Assembly: GCA_946539445.1 (NCBI GenBank)
Contig: CAMNHK010000005.1
Coordinates: forward strand, 1,025-65,024
Reading direction: 5' to 3'
Source of the DNA: an uncultured Bacillales bacterium
Lineage (GTDB): Bacteria > Bacillota_I > Bacilli_A > RF39 > UBA660
DNA length: 64,000 bases
Shown: piece after piece, positions 53,660 through 63,150 of the stretch
Position numbering within the stretch: position 1 is the first letter of the stretch
Layout: every line of letters begins with the position of its first letter
Position numbers and translations under genes: made by a program
The notes under the pieces: generated by a model
The model's input: only the letters and a program-made list of their open reading frames with translations
Told to the model about the DNA's origin: nothing
The model's database searches: none

Positions 53660-55912
53660 TTACTTTTTATTGGTTTCTTTGTATGTTACAAATCCTATGA
53701 TAGCAAGTCCTCCAATTAATAGATATAACCAGAATGGAATTGTTTCCCATAAATCTCGTAATTGGATTAAGATATTTAATATAGTAATAATAATTCCTGT
53801 CACAAAGAAGGATTTCAATTCCTTTAAATGGTATCCTAATAAAATGACAATAATTCCTACAATTCCAATATAGATTCCTATTGTTACATTTGTTTCAAAC
53901 ATTACTTCTATTATGGCAACTATTACTCCAATTAAACCTACTATATTCTTACTATCCGAAGTTTTACATAGGAATTTAACGATTATGAATGTCAAATATA
54001 GTAGTAAAATACTGATCATAATCATTTTATAAGTTATGTTGAAGTCAAAATAATTTATGATACCTAATAATGGAATTATGATAGCAAAATAATTTGTCTT
54101 TTTTACTATTTCATTATTCCATAATAATATTGTGGATACTAATATTCCAAGGAAAATAAGATCTATTGCTACATCTGAAATTACTAAAATATTAATGTTT
54201 TTCAACAAATTGTAAATACTAATTAATAAAATGATATAAGAAATGGTAAACCATGCTTTTTTTGTATTATTGTTTTGATATTCTTGATAACTAGTTAATG
54301 TTGAAACAGTTGTAGGTACTAATACTAATAATGCTGGTAAAACTTCTTTGTCTATATTAATTTGAATGCTGGCAATTGTTCCTATTAAGGCTGCCATTAA
54401 ATATAATTTTTTGATATTGTTTTCTTTATAGAAATAATAGCAAACAATATAAACAATAGTGGCTATTGCAAAAATCATGGAAAAACTTATTTCCCAATTT
54501 AATTCCTTTATTTTGAAGAAGGCAGCTAGAGAAATTAGAATGGCTACTGGTTCTATATAGCTAGCATATTTTACAACATGAGATTTTTCTATTCTTTGAG
54601 ATGCTAATATATTCATGAATAAAAATCCTAAAGAAATAATGAAACCTACTATAGAATCTTCTGCTGTACTTACGACAAAAATTATTAGAGAAGCAATACT
54701 AAATAATCCATAATTAATATTGTTCAATAATTTAAAGTGTTCTTTTGTATTAATTTTTATTAATAATGTATAGACACATAATACGCAGAACAATAGAATA
54801 CTTGCATAAGAACTCGTACTGAAATTATAAACAGAAAAGAATAATAATATATAAGTAATGCCAATCATAAAGATGGATTCTAGTGTATCGTCTGATCGAT
54901 ACATTAAGTATACTAAAGTTGCTATATTAAGGATGGAAGCAAGTAGAATCCATACTTCATTATAGCCATTGATACTTCGAATGATGAAAACAAACATAAT
55001 CATAGATAATAATTTCGAAGTTTGAAATAAGGTGGAATCTTTTTTTGAAAAGATAGTAACTCCTAGTAAAATACTAGATAAAATAATCATTACAATGGAT
55101 TCATCGATTGGAAAATAAGCTAAAAAATTATAGATTACTAAAAAGGCACTTCCATAAAATCCAAATAACAAATACTCTTTTGATAGTTTTAAATAACTTG
55201 CATAACATAATCCAGCAACCGTGAAGCAAGTAATGGCATAAGCTAATTTTGAACTTACTCCATCATAAGATAAGGAACCTAAGACTCCAAAATATAATAA
55301 AGCTATAATCGAAAATAAATAAAATGACATACTTACTATCCAGTACATATAAGAACTACGATATAGTTTTAATTTTATTTCTGTAAATAAAGATAAACAT
55401 AGGAATAAACTACCAAATACTAATAAGAAAATAGCTTTGGCGGCATCAGAAACAAATGACCAAGATGTGGTAGCAAATAGAATTCCTGATATTAAAACCA
55501 TTCCTACTCCGAGTTTTAATAGAATATCAATTCTACGCATTTCCGGATTCACGACTTTTTTCACTCTTACTGGCGGTCCATTAATCGGATTGATACTATC
55601 TTCTCCATTCGATAAATTAGAATAAGCTAAAAAGACAAAAATACTGGCAATAAAGTTTATAAATATTTGAGAAAATGCCAAAAGGAAGACTCCTACGTTA
55701 TAATTATGTAGTTCTTCTTCGGACATATTACTTAGATGCCATAATACTATTGCACTAACGATTCCTATCAAACTGTAATAGTTAAAAAAAAGGATAGAGG
55801 AACTAATTAAATTTAGTATTGCTGCTATCCTAAAAAATCTTTGATACTTTTTCATATCAGTCACCTCTATTATTCTATTATCATTATAAAGGAATCTATA
55901 TTTTTTGTCCAT
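53660..55912 (-). CDS. Large polytopic membrane protein (~20 TM helices), unknown function
   Basis: 750 aa, almost entirely hydrophobic helices. Its start overlaps the rel stop by 17 nt. Confidence 0.5.
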   Translation of the reverse strand: MDKKYRFLYNDNRIIEVTDMKKYQRFFRIAAILNLISSSILFFNYYSLIGIVSAIVLWHLSNMSEEELHNYNVGVFLLAFSQIFINFIASIFVFLAYSNLSNGEDSINPINGPPVRVKKVVNPEMRRIDILLKLGVGMVLISGILFATTSWSFVSDAAKAIFLLVFGSLFLCLSLFTEIKLKLYRSSYMYWIVSMSFYLFSIIALLYFGVLGSLSYDGVSSKLAYAITCFTVAGLCYASYLKLSKEYLLFGFYGSAFLVIYNFLAYFPIDESIVMIILSSILLGVTIFSKKDSTLFQTSKLLSMIMFVFIIRSINGYNEVWILLASILNIATLVYLMYRSDDTLESIFMIGITYILLFFSVYNFSTSSYASILLFCVLCVYTLLIKINTKEHFKLLNNINYGLFSIASLIIFVVSTAEDSIVGFIISLGFLFMNILASQRIEKSHVVKYASYIEPVAILISLAAFFKIKELNWEISFSMIFAIATIVYIVCYYFYKENNIKKLYLMAALIGTIASIQINIDKEVLPALLVLVPTTVSTLTSYQEYQNNNTKKAWFTISYIILLISIYNLLKNINILVISDVAIDLIFLGILVSTILLWNNEIVKKTNYFAIIIPLLGIINYFDFNITYKMIMISILLLYLTFIIVKFLCKTSDSKNIVGLIGVIVAIIEVMFETNVTIGIYIGIVGIIVILLGYHLKELKSFFVTGIIITILNILIQLRDLWETIPFWLYLLIGGLAIIGFVTYKETNKK

Positions 55913-57344
55913 TTAATTGTTTAATTTTTTGTTTTGCCGTGGAAGTCGTTGCGAAAGATTCCCAATGTTCGTGATTGATAATACCATTGGTTAAAATTTG
56001 TACTCGATCATTGTTCTTTAAGACAGAATTTAAAGGTACTTCTTTTCCGTTTACGAGGATTCCTGTCATACGATCTAATTGATTGGGAAATACTTGACAA
56101 GCAAAATCTAAGGCGGTAGAACCTTTTGGCAATTCAATAATATCCCCATTATGACTATAAGCATATACATGATCGGTTAATAATTCTCGATTAATTTGAG
56201 CAATAAAGTCAGCATTATCGGTAAAAGATTCATCTAATTCTATTAATTTTTTGGCAAATTGACATTTTTCCACTAAATCTGCTTGCGTTTCTTCTTTGGT
56301 TTTTCCTCCTTTAATATTCCAAAGAGCTGGAATTCCAAAGGCAGCTACTTTATCCATATCAAAGGTTCTTATTTTTACTTTTACTAATTTACCATTATCA
56401 GAAACGGTAGTATGAAGAGATTGATACATATTGGTTTTGGGATTAAAAATATAATCTTTAAATCTTCCATTAATAGGAGGATGATTTTGATGAACGACAC
56501 ATAATGTTTGATAACACTCTTCTATTTGATCTACTAATATTTTTAAATAGAATAAGTCATAAATATTTTCTAGTTTGTACCCTTTTTTCATTTTTTTATA
56601 AATACTACAGATAGTTTGACTACGGAAAATCATTTCATTTGGAATGTCTTTTTGAGTTAAAATGGCTTGTATTTTTTGACTAATTTCTTGAATATAAGAA
56701 GCTTCTGTTAATTGAAGAAGCGATTTTGCTTCCTGTATTCTTTTATATTCTTCTGGTTCAATATATTGTAAGGATAAATCTTCTAATTCATTTTTGATTC
56801 GATATGCCCCTATCGTTAAAGCTAATGGAACAAATAATTGCATTGTTTCTATCGCATTTTCTCTTTGTTTTTCTGGACTTTTAAATTGTAGAGTTTGCAT
56901 ATTATGTAGACGGTCTGCAAGTTTTATTAATATAATTCGAACATCTTTGGTTAAACCATTAATAATTTTTCTAGTATTAGCTAGTGTTTGATCCTTTTTT
57001 GTATAAAAGTTCATTCGTCTCATTTTAGTAACCCCATCTACTAATTCTGCCACTTCTGGATTAATTAGTGAGGCTACGTCTTCTTTGGTAAAATCTTCTT
57101 CCGCATCCTCAATGGTATCGTGTAATAATGCCGCACTAATGGTATCTGGATCATATACTTCCATCTTAAGCAAGTTATTGGCTACATTTAATGGATGAAT
57201 AATATATGGTTCTCCGCTTTGTCTTGTTTGATTCTTATGAATACTTTCAGCAATTCTATAACTCTTCTCTACTTCTTGTATTTTTTCTTCAGAAATATTA
57301 TGTTCTCTTAAGCAACTTGTAATAGTATCTATTGTTATCATCAA
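55896..57344 (-). CDS. RelA/SpoT homolog: HD hydrolase, divergent synthetase and TGS domains; lacks the C-terminal ZFD/ACT region
   Basis: Hydrolase motifs are intact (HPLNVA, LLHDTIEDA, KLADRLHNMQTL). The synthetase region GRFKDYIFNPKTNMYQSLHTTV is present, but the canonical E-x-Q-IRT reads VKVKIRT. TGS domain (ELPKGSTALDFA). The protein ends after 482 aa. Confidence 0.75.
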   Translation of the reverse strand: MMITIDTITSCLREHNISEEKIQEVEKSYRIAESIHKNQTRQSGEPYIIHPLNVANNLLKMEVYDPDTISAALLHDTIEDAEEDFTKEDVASLINPEVAELVDGVTKMRRMNFYTKKDQTLANTRKIINGLTKDVRIILIKLADRLHNMQTLQFKSPEKQRENAIETMQLFVPLALTIGAYRIKNELEDLSLQYIEPEEYKRIQEAKSLLQLTEASYIQEISQKIQAILTQKDIPNEMIFRSQTICSIYKKMKKGYKLENIYDLFYLKILVDQIEECYQTLCVVHQNHPPINGRFKDYIFNPKTNMYQSLHTTVSDNGKLVKVKIRTFDMDKVAAFGIPALWNIKGGKTKEETQADLVEKCQFAKKLIELDESFTDNADFIAQINRELLTDHVYAYSHNGDIIELPKGSTALDFACQVFPNQLDRMTGILVNGKEVPLNSVLKNNDRVQILTNGIINHEHWESFATTSTAKQKIKQLNGQKI

Positions 57345-57518
57345 ATTACCTCCTAATTAAAAAACGACCCAATTAATGCCTAATGGAATCGTTATGCGAT
57401 TTACTCGTTCTGTGGGGATATAATAATATTATTTTCTTTGAAATACTCTTTTTCATACTTCACCTCACGTTTGTTAGTTACACTTATATCAAATTTTTAG
57501 AAAGAAGTCAAATTTATA

Positions 57519-57550
57519 GCAAAAAACTCTAGTTTTTCCACTAGAGTTTT
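57519..57550 (-). terminator. Rho-independent terminator after valS
   Basis: AACTCTAGT-6 nt-ACTAGAGTT hairpin flanked by A/T runs. Overlaps the valS stop. Confidence 0.75.
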
Positions 57551-60077
57551 ATTTTGTTAATTCTTCTAACTTTTTCTTTTCTTCCACTAATTTTTGACGG
57601 TCCATTTCTACGATGTTTGCAGGAGCTTTCTTGACATAGTTTTCATTAGATAATAATCCCTCTCTACGTTTAATGGAAGCTTCTAATAATTTGATTTGAG
57701 CTTCTTTGGCTGCTTTTTCTGCTTCTGATTCTATTTTTTCAAAGAAGATAGTAGCTTTGATACGATTAGAGAATACTTTGTATGCTTTTTTTCCTAATGG
57801 TTCTTTGACAATGCTTTCATCTAGTTTCAACATTTTAACGATTAATTCATTATCATCTTCTGTATCAAACATTACTTTTAATTCTTTGGTCATATTGTTT
57901 TCTGCTTTTATATTACGGAAGTTTTTGATAAATTCAACGGCATCATCTACTGCATATTCTTCTTTTTCAAATACATATTTTTTATTATATTTTGGATATT
58001 CGGAAATCATGATAGACTCTGCATCTTTTACTGGTAACTTTGAATAAATCTCTTCTGTTACAAATGGCATAAATGGATGTAACATTTTTAATATTCCGGT
58101 AAGTACAAAACATAATGTTGATTTCGTTGCCATAGAGTCTAGTGAATATTTTGCCATTTCAATGTAATAATCACAGAAATAATTCCAAGCAAAATTGTAA
58201 ATCTCAGACCCTGCTAAATTAAATTCATATTTATCCATATGTTTGGTTACGGATTTAACTACATGTTCATATTTGGATATAATCCATTTATCTTCTGGTT
58301 TTAAATACTCTAATTTAATATCTTTGATATCTTCCATATTCATTAAGGCAAATCGGGAAGCATTCCAAATTTTGTTGATGAAATTCCAAGTTGCAGTTAA
58401 TTTTACTTCATCAAAACGTAAATCCATTCCCATAGAACCATCCGTTGTTAGATAGTAACGAAGAGAGTCTGCTCCATACTTATCTACCATATCAAATGGA
58501 TCTACTCCATTTCCTAATGATTTTGACATTTTTCTTCCTTGTTTATCACGAATTAATCCATGGATTACACAATCTTTAAATGGACGTGCTCCTAAAGTAT
58601 ATTCGGTTTGGAATGCCATTCTCGCAACCCAGAAGAAGATAATATCATATCCTGTTACGAGACAGTCGGTTGGAAAATAGCGTTCGAAGTCTTTCGTTTT
58701 TTCTGGCCAACCTAGTGTTGAGAATGGCCATAGAGCACTACTAAACCAAGTATCTAGTACATCCTCATCTTGCGTCCAGCCTTCTCCTTCTGGGGCTTCC
58801 ATTCCAACATAGGTTTCATCTCCTCTATACCAAGCTGGAATTCTATGTCCCCACCATAATTGACGTGATATGCACCAGTCATAAGAAATATCCATCCAGT
58901 GTCTCAATACTTTTTCAAAACGTTTTGGAACAAAGTTAATTTTCTTTTCTTTATCATCTTGAAATTCTAAAACCGTTCTTGCAAGTGGCTCCATTCTAAC
59001 AAACCATTGTTTTTTAATCATTGGTTCTACCATAACTCCCGTTCTCTCACTATGTCCAACTTCATGAACTAATGGTTCTATTTCAAGTAATAGTCCTTGT
59101 TCTTTTAAATCTTCTATTACTTTTTCACGGCATTCTTCTCTTGTTAATCCGGTATATCCTGGAGCATTTTCATTCATTGTTGCATCGTCATTCATAATAA
59201 CGATTCTTTCTAGATTATGACGATTTCCAACTTCAAAGTCGTTAGGGTCATGAGCTGGTGTAATTTTAACAACACCGGTTCCTTTTTCCATATCCGCATG
59301 TTCATCGGTTATGACAGGAATAGGCTTATTTACTAATGGTAAAATAACATTTTTCCCAACAAATTTTTTGTAACGTTCATCTGCTTCATTTACAGCTACT
59401 GCTGTATCACCAAAAAGTGTTTCTGGACGTGTCGTTGCTACATCTAGGAAATCTTCAGAGTCTTCTAATTTATATTTTATATGATAGAAGGCACTCTTTT
59501 CTGATTTATAGATAACTTCTTCATTGGATAGTGCTGTTTGAGCGGCTGGATCCCAGTTAATAATTTTTTCTCCACGATAAATTAATCCTTTGTTATAGTA
59601 ATCAACAAATATTTTTCTTACCGCTTTGTTTAAGTCTTCATCCAAAGTAAATCTTTCTCTTGTATAATCTACTGATAATCCAAGTGCTGCCCATTGAGAA
59701 CGAATACTATCTCCATATTCATGAGTCCAATCCCAGCAAGCCTCTAAGAATTTATCTCTACCATACTCATATTTGTCAATTCCTTGATCTTTTAGTTTTT
59801 TAACAACTTTTGCTTCTGTAGCAATGGCAGCATGATCCATTCCTGGTAACCATAAGGTATCAAATCCTTGCATTCTTTTGTATCGAACGATAGCATCTTG
59901 AATGGCTGTATCATAAGCATGCCCAATGTGTAGTTTTCCGGTAACATTTGGAGGTGGAATTACGATACAAAAAGGAGTTTTATCGGATGTATTATCGGCC
60001 TTAAAATATCCTTTTTCTTTCCATATATTATATTTTCCTTGTTCTGTTTCTTTATGATTATATTTTTTTTCTAACAT
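57549..60077 (-). CDS. valS: Valine--tRNA ligase
   Basis: HIGH motif (PPPNVTGKLHIGHA), KMSKS, editing domain, C-terminal coiled coil. Confidence 0.95.
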   Translation of the reverse strand: MLEKKYNHKETEQGKYNIWKEKGYFKADNTSDKTPFCIVIPPPNVTGKLHIGHAYDTAIQDAIVRYKRMQGFDTLWLPGMDHAAIATEAKVVKKLKDQGIDKYEYGRDKFLEACWDWTHEYGDSIRSQWAALGLSVDYTRERFTLDEDLNKAVRKIFVDYYNKGLIYRGEKIINWDPAAQTALSNEEVIYKSEKSAFYHIKYKLEDSEDFLDVATTRPETLFGDTAVAVNEADERYKKFVGKNVILPLVNKPIPVITDEHADMEKGTGVVKITPAHDPNDFEVGNRHNLERIVIMNDDATMNENAPGYTGLTREECREKVIEDLKEQGLLLEIEPLVHEVGHSERTGVMVEPMIKKQWFVRMEPLARTVLEFQDDKEKKINFVPKRFEKVLRHWMDISYDWCISRQLWWGHRIPAWYRGDETYVGMEAPEGEGWTQDEDVLDTWFSSALWPFSTLGWPEKTKDFERYFPTDCLVTGYDIIFFWVARMAFQTEYTLGARPFKDCVIHGLIRDKQGRKMSKSLGNGVDPFDMVDKYGADSLRYYLTTDGSMGMDLRFDEVKLTATWNFINKIWNASRFALMNMEDIKDIKLEYLKPEDKWIISKYEHVVKSVTKHMDKYEFNLAGSEIYNFAWNYFCDYYIEMAKYSLDSMATKSTLCFVLTGILKMLHPFMPFVTEEIYSKLPVKDAESIMISEYPKYNKKYVFEKEEYAVDDAVEFIKNFRNIKAENNMTKELKVMFDTEDDNELIVKMLKLDESIVKEPLGKKAYKVFSNRIKATIFFEKIESEAEKAAKEAQIKLLEASIKRREGLLSNENYVKKAPANIVEMDRQKLVEEKKKLEELTK

Positions 60078-60862
60078 TTTACTTTCTCCTCTATATAGTT
60101 TTCAATTGTTTTACGAATTTCTTCTAGTTGTTTTTGCATTTTCTCATTTTGATTTCTTTCTTTATATATGTCAATCACTCGATTAAAGTAATCTTTTTCT
60201 TTTAAAATTCGAAAACTTTCTGGATAGTTAATATCAAAGGCAAATCCTAAAGCAACGGATAAGATATCTCCTTTGGTTTTTAAGTTTTCCTTTAATATTT
60301 CTTTTTTGTGAATCAAATTCTCATATACTTGATCACTAAATGGTTCGTTTTTTAAATCTAGTTTAATGTCATCGGTTGTATATAAGTATAAAATATCAAT
60401 TTTATCGGCATCACGAACAATATTACAAAATACTTTTTCCTTTTCGGTTAAGCCTTCTTTGATTTTAAATTTATTATGATAACGAATACTATTCATTACG
60501 ATATCATAAATCGATTCTTCTGTGAAATACTTCTTATAATAATCCTTTGTATTTAATATTTGAATTCCTAATTCTGCATGATCTTCACTTTTAGAATCTT
60601 CAAATGTTTGATACTTTTTCCACTGCTCAAAACGACCAATATCATGCAATAGTCCACATAATTCTGCTACTTCTATTTCTTTTTTTGATAAAGATAAAGA
60701 TTTAGCAATTTGTTTGCATAAGGCCTCGACTCGAAATGTATGATTGATTTTTAAGACACATCTTTCGCCTACTTTTCGATAAGGATCGGTATATTGTAAA
60801 AATTCTTGTTTTGCATTTTCTAAATTCATCTGATTCACCTCTACATAAAAAAAGTAATTCAT
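60071..60862 (-). CDS. HD-domain phosphohydrolase, function unknown
   Basis: H...HD...D pattern (NHTFRV, LLHDIGRFEQ, VRDADKIDIL). Overlaps the valS start by 7 nt. Confidence 0.65.
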   Translation of the reverse strand: MNYFFYVEVNQMNLENAKQEFLQYTDPYRKVGERCVLKINHTFRVEALCKQIAKSLSLSKKEIEVAELCGLLHDIGRFEQWKKYQTFEDSKSEDHAELGIQILNTKDYYKKYFTEESIYDIVMNSIRYHNKFKIKEGLTEKEKVFCNIVRDADKIDILYLYTTDDIKLDLKNEPFSDQVYENLIHKKEILKENLKTKGDILSVALGFAFDINYPESFRILKEKDYFNRVIDIYKERNQNEKMQKQLEEIRKTIENYIEEKVKC

Positions 60863-61070
60863 CCAAAAGGACGAATTACTCGTGGTACCACCTTAGTTTC
60901 TATCAAATTGATAGCTTATTTGGATAACGGGATTTTCCCGGAATTTCTTAAAGTTATTTTCAGAAATTATGCTCCTCTGCTACCTTCTTTATTCTTTTTT
61001 ATTCATTTTCACCAACCATGAACTCTCTTAAAAAAAAGATATAAATACTCCTCAGATTCCTCGCATCTGT
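60848..61070 (-). promoter_or_regulatory. T-box riboswitch leader, probable Val (GUA) specifier
   Basis: Minus strand: stem I with GA/K-turn elements and AGAGA...GGTGAAA. Specifier loop GAAG-GUA-G (GUA at 60983..60981). T-box sequence AAGGTGGTACCACG (about 60880..60895). Terminator AGTAATTC-12 nt-GAATTACT plus T7 (60848..60880). Confidence 0.8.
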
Positions 61071-61075
61071 ATGTA

Positions 61076-61104
61076 ATTATATCTTATTGTTCCTTATTTT
61101 TCAA
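61076..61104 (-). promoter_or_regulatory. Near-consensus sigma-A promoter driving the T-box leader
   Basis: Minus strand: TTGAAA (61104..61099), 17 nt, TATAAT (61081..61076). The -35 element lies within the 3' end of the DUF4176 gene. Confidence 0.65.
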
Positions 61105-61375
61105 TACTTTTATGATTTCTTATTTTTAAATTTTCTAAAAATTCTCTTTCTTCATAATTCATAAATCCTTGAAAGATTACTTCTTTTATTTCAGAATGAT
61201 TAAAAACACAAATGGTATCGGAGCGAATGGTTCCTTCTGGATACATACATCCGCAGTAATCAAATATGTGGTCTGGATACTCTGGTGTACTGACGGAATA
61301 TCCTGTAATCATTAATTTCTTTTTTCCACTATTTAATATTACAATACTACCTAATGGTAAATAATTATTTGTCAT
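61094..61375 (-). CDS. DUF4176 family protein (T7SS-locus-associated small protein)
   Basis: MTNNYLPLGSIVILNSGKKKLMITGY...FDYCGCMYPEGTIRSD...FNHSEIKEVIFQGF matches the DUF4176 pattern as I recall it. The ATG at 61375, with RBS GAGGAGGAA, overlaps the upstream gene's end. Confidence 0.7.
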   Translation of the reverse strand: MTNNYLPLGSIVILNSGKKKLMITGYSVSTPEYPDHIFDYCGCMYPEGTIRSDTICVFNHSEIKEVIFQGFMNYEEREFLENLKIRNHKSIEK

Positions 61376-62534
61376 CGTCTGATTCCTCCTCGAATAAATA
61401 AGATTCTCCATAGAATTTATTTAGAACTTCTCGATCTCTCTCGGCTTGATAAGGAACTGGATCATAATCGTCTAACATAAACTCTGTATTGTTGTGATGC
61501 TCTATTGGTTGATAGTTATCTTCCTCATTCGATATAGGTTCCTTATAATCTTCTAATTTGAAATTCTTTTTGGATTTTTGCTCGCTAGCTACTACAGCAG
61601 CAATGGATCCAGCAATGCCGGCGGCTCCAATCCCAATTCCAATCGGAACGGTATTTATGTCATTAGACGTTTCCGTTGGAGTCTCTGGGGTTGGGATAAC
61701 AGTCGTTTGTGTTTCATTATTTCCATAATTATTTAATTCTCTTAAAACTTTATTTCCTATTTCTCCCAATCTCTTTTTTGTTTCTTCTACTTTTATAAAT
61801 GATTCGGTTGCGGATTCTTCATATTGATTTTGGATGGTTGCTAGTCTAGTAGCCTCTTCTCTTGTGACTCCATATTTTGTTTGATATTCTTCCCGAATTA
61901 GATTTATATTGTTTTGCTCTTTGGCAAAATTCGAAGAAGCTAAACTGGTTACAGAAGCCCCTGTTCTTTCTTGTCTCCAAATAGCCATATCTTGATTTAC
62001 TTTGTTCATTTTTTCCAATTCATCTAGTTGTGGATATTTTTTTTCTAATTCTTCTGCCCATTCCTCTAATGAATGATAATTATCTGGGTAATCGGTTAAA
62101 TTATTATTGATCATATAGTTTTGAATGGTATCATCTATATTTTCTCGATAAGTATCTACACTTTGAGATATTTGAATTTCCCCACTAGGTAAGACTACTT
62201 CTTTCTTAGGAGAATATAGTTTCATAATACTTTTCAAATCTTCTTTTCCTAGAGAATCCGTACTATAATCCCGTATTGTTTTTGTAAGAGATTCTTCCAA
62301 TTCTAATACTTTTCTTTCTACTGAGTCCAACAAACTAAATATAGAATCCATAGAGTCTTTATAATCATTTAAACAGTTGTTGTGTTCAAAGTTGATATCT
62401 TTTATTACGCTTTCTATCTCTAAAAAGATTCCTGATAGGTCTCTTGTTTCTAAGCATCCTTCGATAGAGGATAAGGTTTCGATGGAGGTGGTTAAGCGAT
62501 CTACATCGATACAACAAGTATATCCATTAGCCAT
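61365..62534 (-). CDS. Uncharacterised protein: helical N-domain, Gly-zipper TM helix (61584..61649), acidic C-tail
   Basis: 389 aa. VPIGIGIGAAGIAGSIAAVVA followed by a 70-aa D/E/Y-rich tail. Same end architecture as family B proteins and the partial ORF at 63485..64000. Confidence 0.65.
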   Translation of the reverse strand: MANGYTCCIDVDRLTTSIETLSSIEGCLETRDLSGIFLEIESVIKDINFEHNNCLNDYKDSMDSIFSLLDSVERKVLELEESLTKTIRDYSTDSLGKEDLKSIMKLYSPKKEVVLPSGEIQISQSVDTYRENIDDTIQNYMINNNLTDYPDNYHSLEEWAEELEKKYPQLDELEKMNKVNQDMAIWRQERTGASVTSLASSNFAKEQNNINLIREEYQTKYGVTREEATRLATIQNQYEESATESFIKVEETKKRLGEIGNKVLRELNNYGNNETQTTVIPTPETPTETSNDINTVPIGIGIGAAGIAGSIAAVVASEQKSKKNFKLEDYKEPISNEEDNYQPIEHHNNTEFMLDDYDPVPYQAERDREVLNKFYGESYLFEEESDDDK

Positions 62535-62545
62535 ATTATCCCCTC

Positions 62546-63058
62546 CTATATTGAACGAATCGCATCTAAGCGTTCTTTTAACTTATTAATGCGATTATTG
62601 GTATCATCAATAATATCATCCAAACGTAATTGTTGAACATTTTTTATATTTCCATTTTGATTCATTTTATCTCGTAGTAATAAGGTATTATTTAAAATTT
62701 TTTCTTCTTCTAATATTTTGGAACCTAAGGCTTCCATCAACTGTTCTTTCTCTATTTGTTTTTGAATGGTGGAATCCTTTATTATTTTTTTCTTTAATGA
62801 ATCATATTCTCTTTGAATTGCTTCAATTTCTTCTAATATTTCTTTTGCTTTCTCATGCGCAGGAGATGTTCCCATAATATTTAAAGAAAGAGTATCTAGT
62901 CCTCCATAAAACATTTCTTGTTTGATTCCTTCGGCTATTACGGAATTCATATAGGTATGATACGTTTGAAATTGATCTTCTATTTTTTCCACTACTTTCG
63001 TTGGATTTATAAGATCATTTCCTTCTGTTTTCCATGTTATCCAATCTACTTTCGGCAT
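62546..63058 (-). CDS. Helical (coiled-coil) protein, unknown function, first gene of a three-gene unit
   Basis: 170 aa from the ATG at 63058 (RBS TAGGAG). Heptad-rich C-terminal half. Confidence 0.5.
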   Translation of the reverse strand: MPKVDWITWKTEGNDLINPTKVVEKIEDQFQTYHTYMNSVIAEGIKQEMFYGGLDTLSLNIMGTSPAHEKAKEILEEIEAIQREYDSLKKKIIKDSTIQKQIEKEQLMEALGSKILEEEKILNNTLLLRDKMNQNGNIKNVQQLRLDDIIDDTNNRINKLKERLDAIRSI

Positions 63059-63087
63059 ATTTACCAACTCCTACTATTCTATAGTAT

Positions 63088-63116
63088 ATTATATCTTTTT
63101 TTTTTAGAGAAAGCAA
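63088..63116 (-). promoter_or_regulatory. Sigma-A promoter inside the DUF4176 locus
   Basis: Minus strand: TTGCTT (63116..63111), 17 nt, TATAAT (63093..63088). Confidence 0.6.
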
Positions 63117-63120
63117 ACGA

Positions 63121-63150
63121 TAAAAAAAGAAGGTTATTTCTAACCTTCTT
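63121..63150 (-). terminator. Terminator after the upstream DUF4176 gene
   Basis: Minus strand: AGAAGGTTA-GAAA-TAACCTTCT (9 bp) followed by T7. Overlaps the stop codon. Confidence 0.7.

Noticed and set aside
60981-60987. Reading the T-box specifier as GGU (Gly) by analogy with the glyQS GAA-GGC-A loop
   Set aside because: The purine that abuts the lower helix (CAGA pairing with UCUG) is the G after GUA. Placing the codon directly 5' of that purine gives GUA (Val), consistent with valS downstream. A covariance-model alignment should confirm this.
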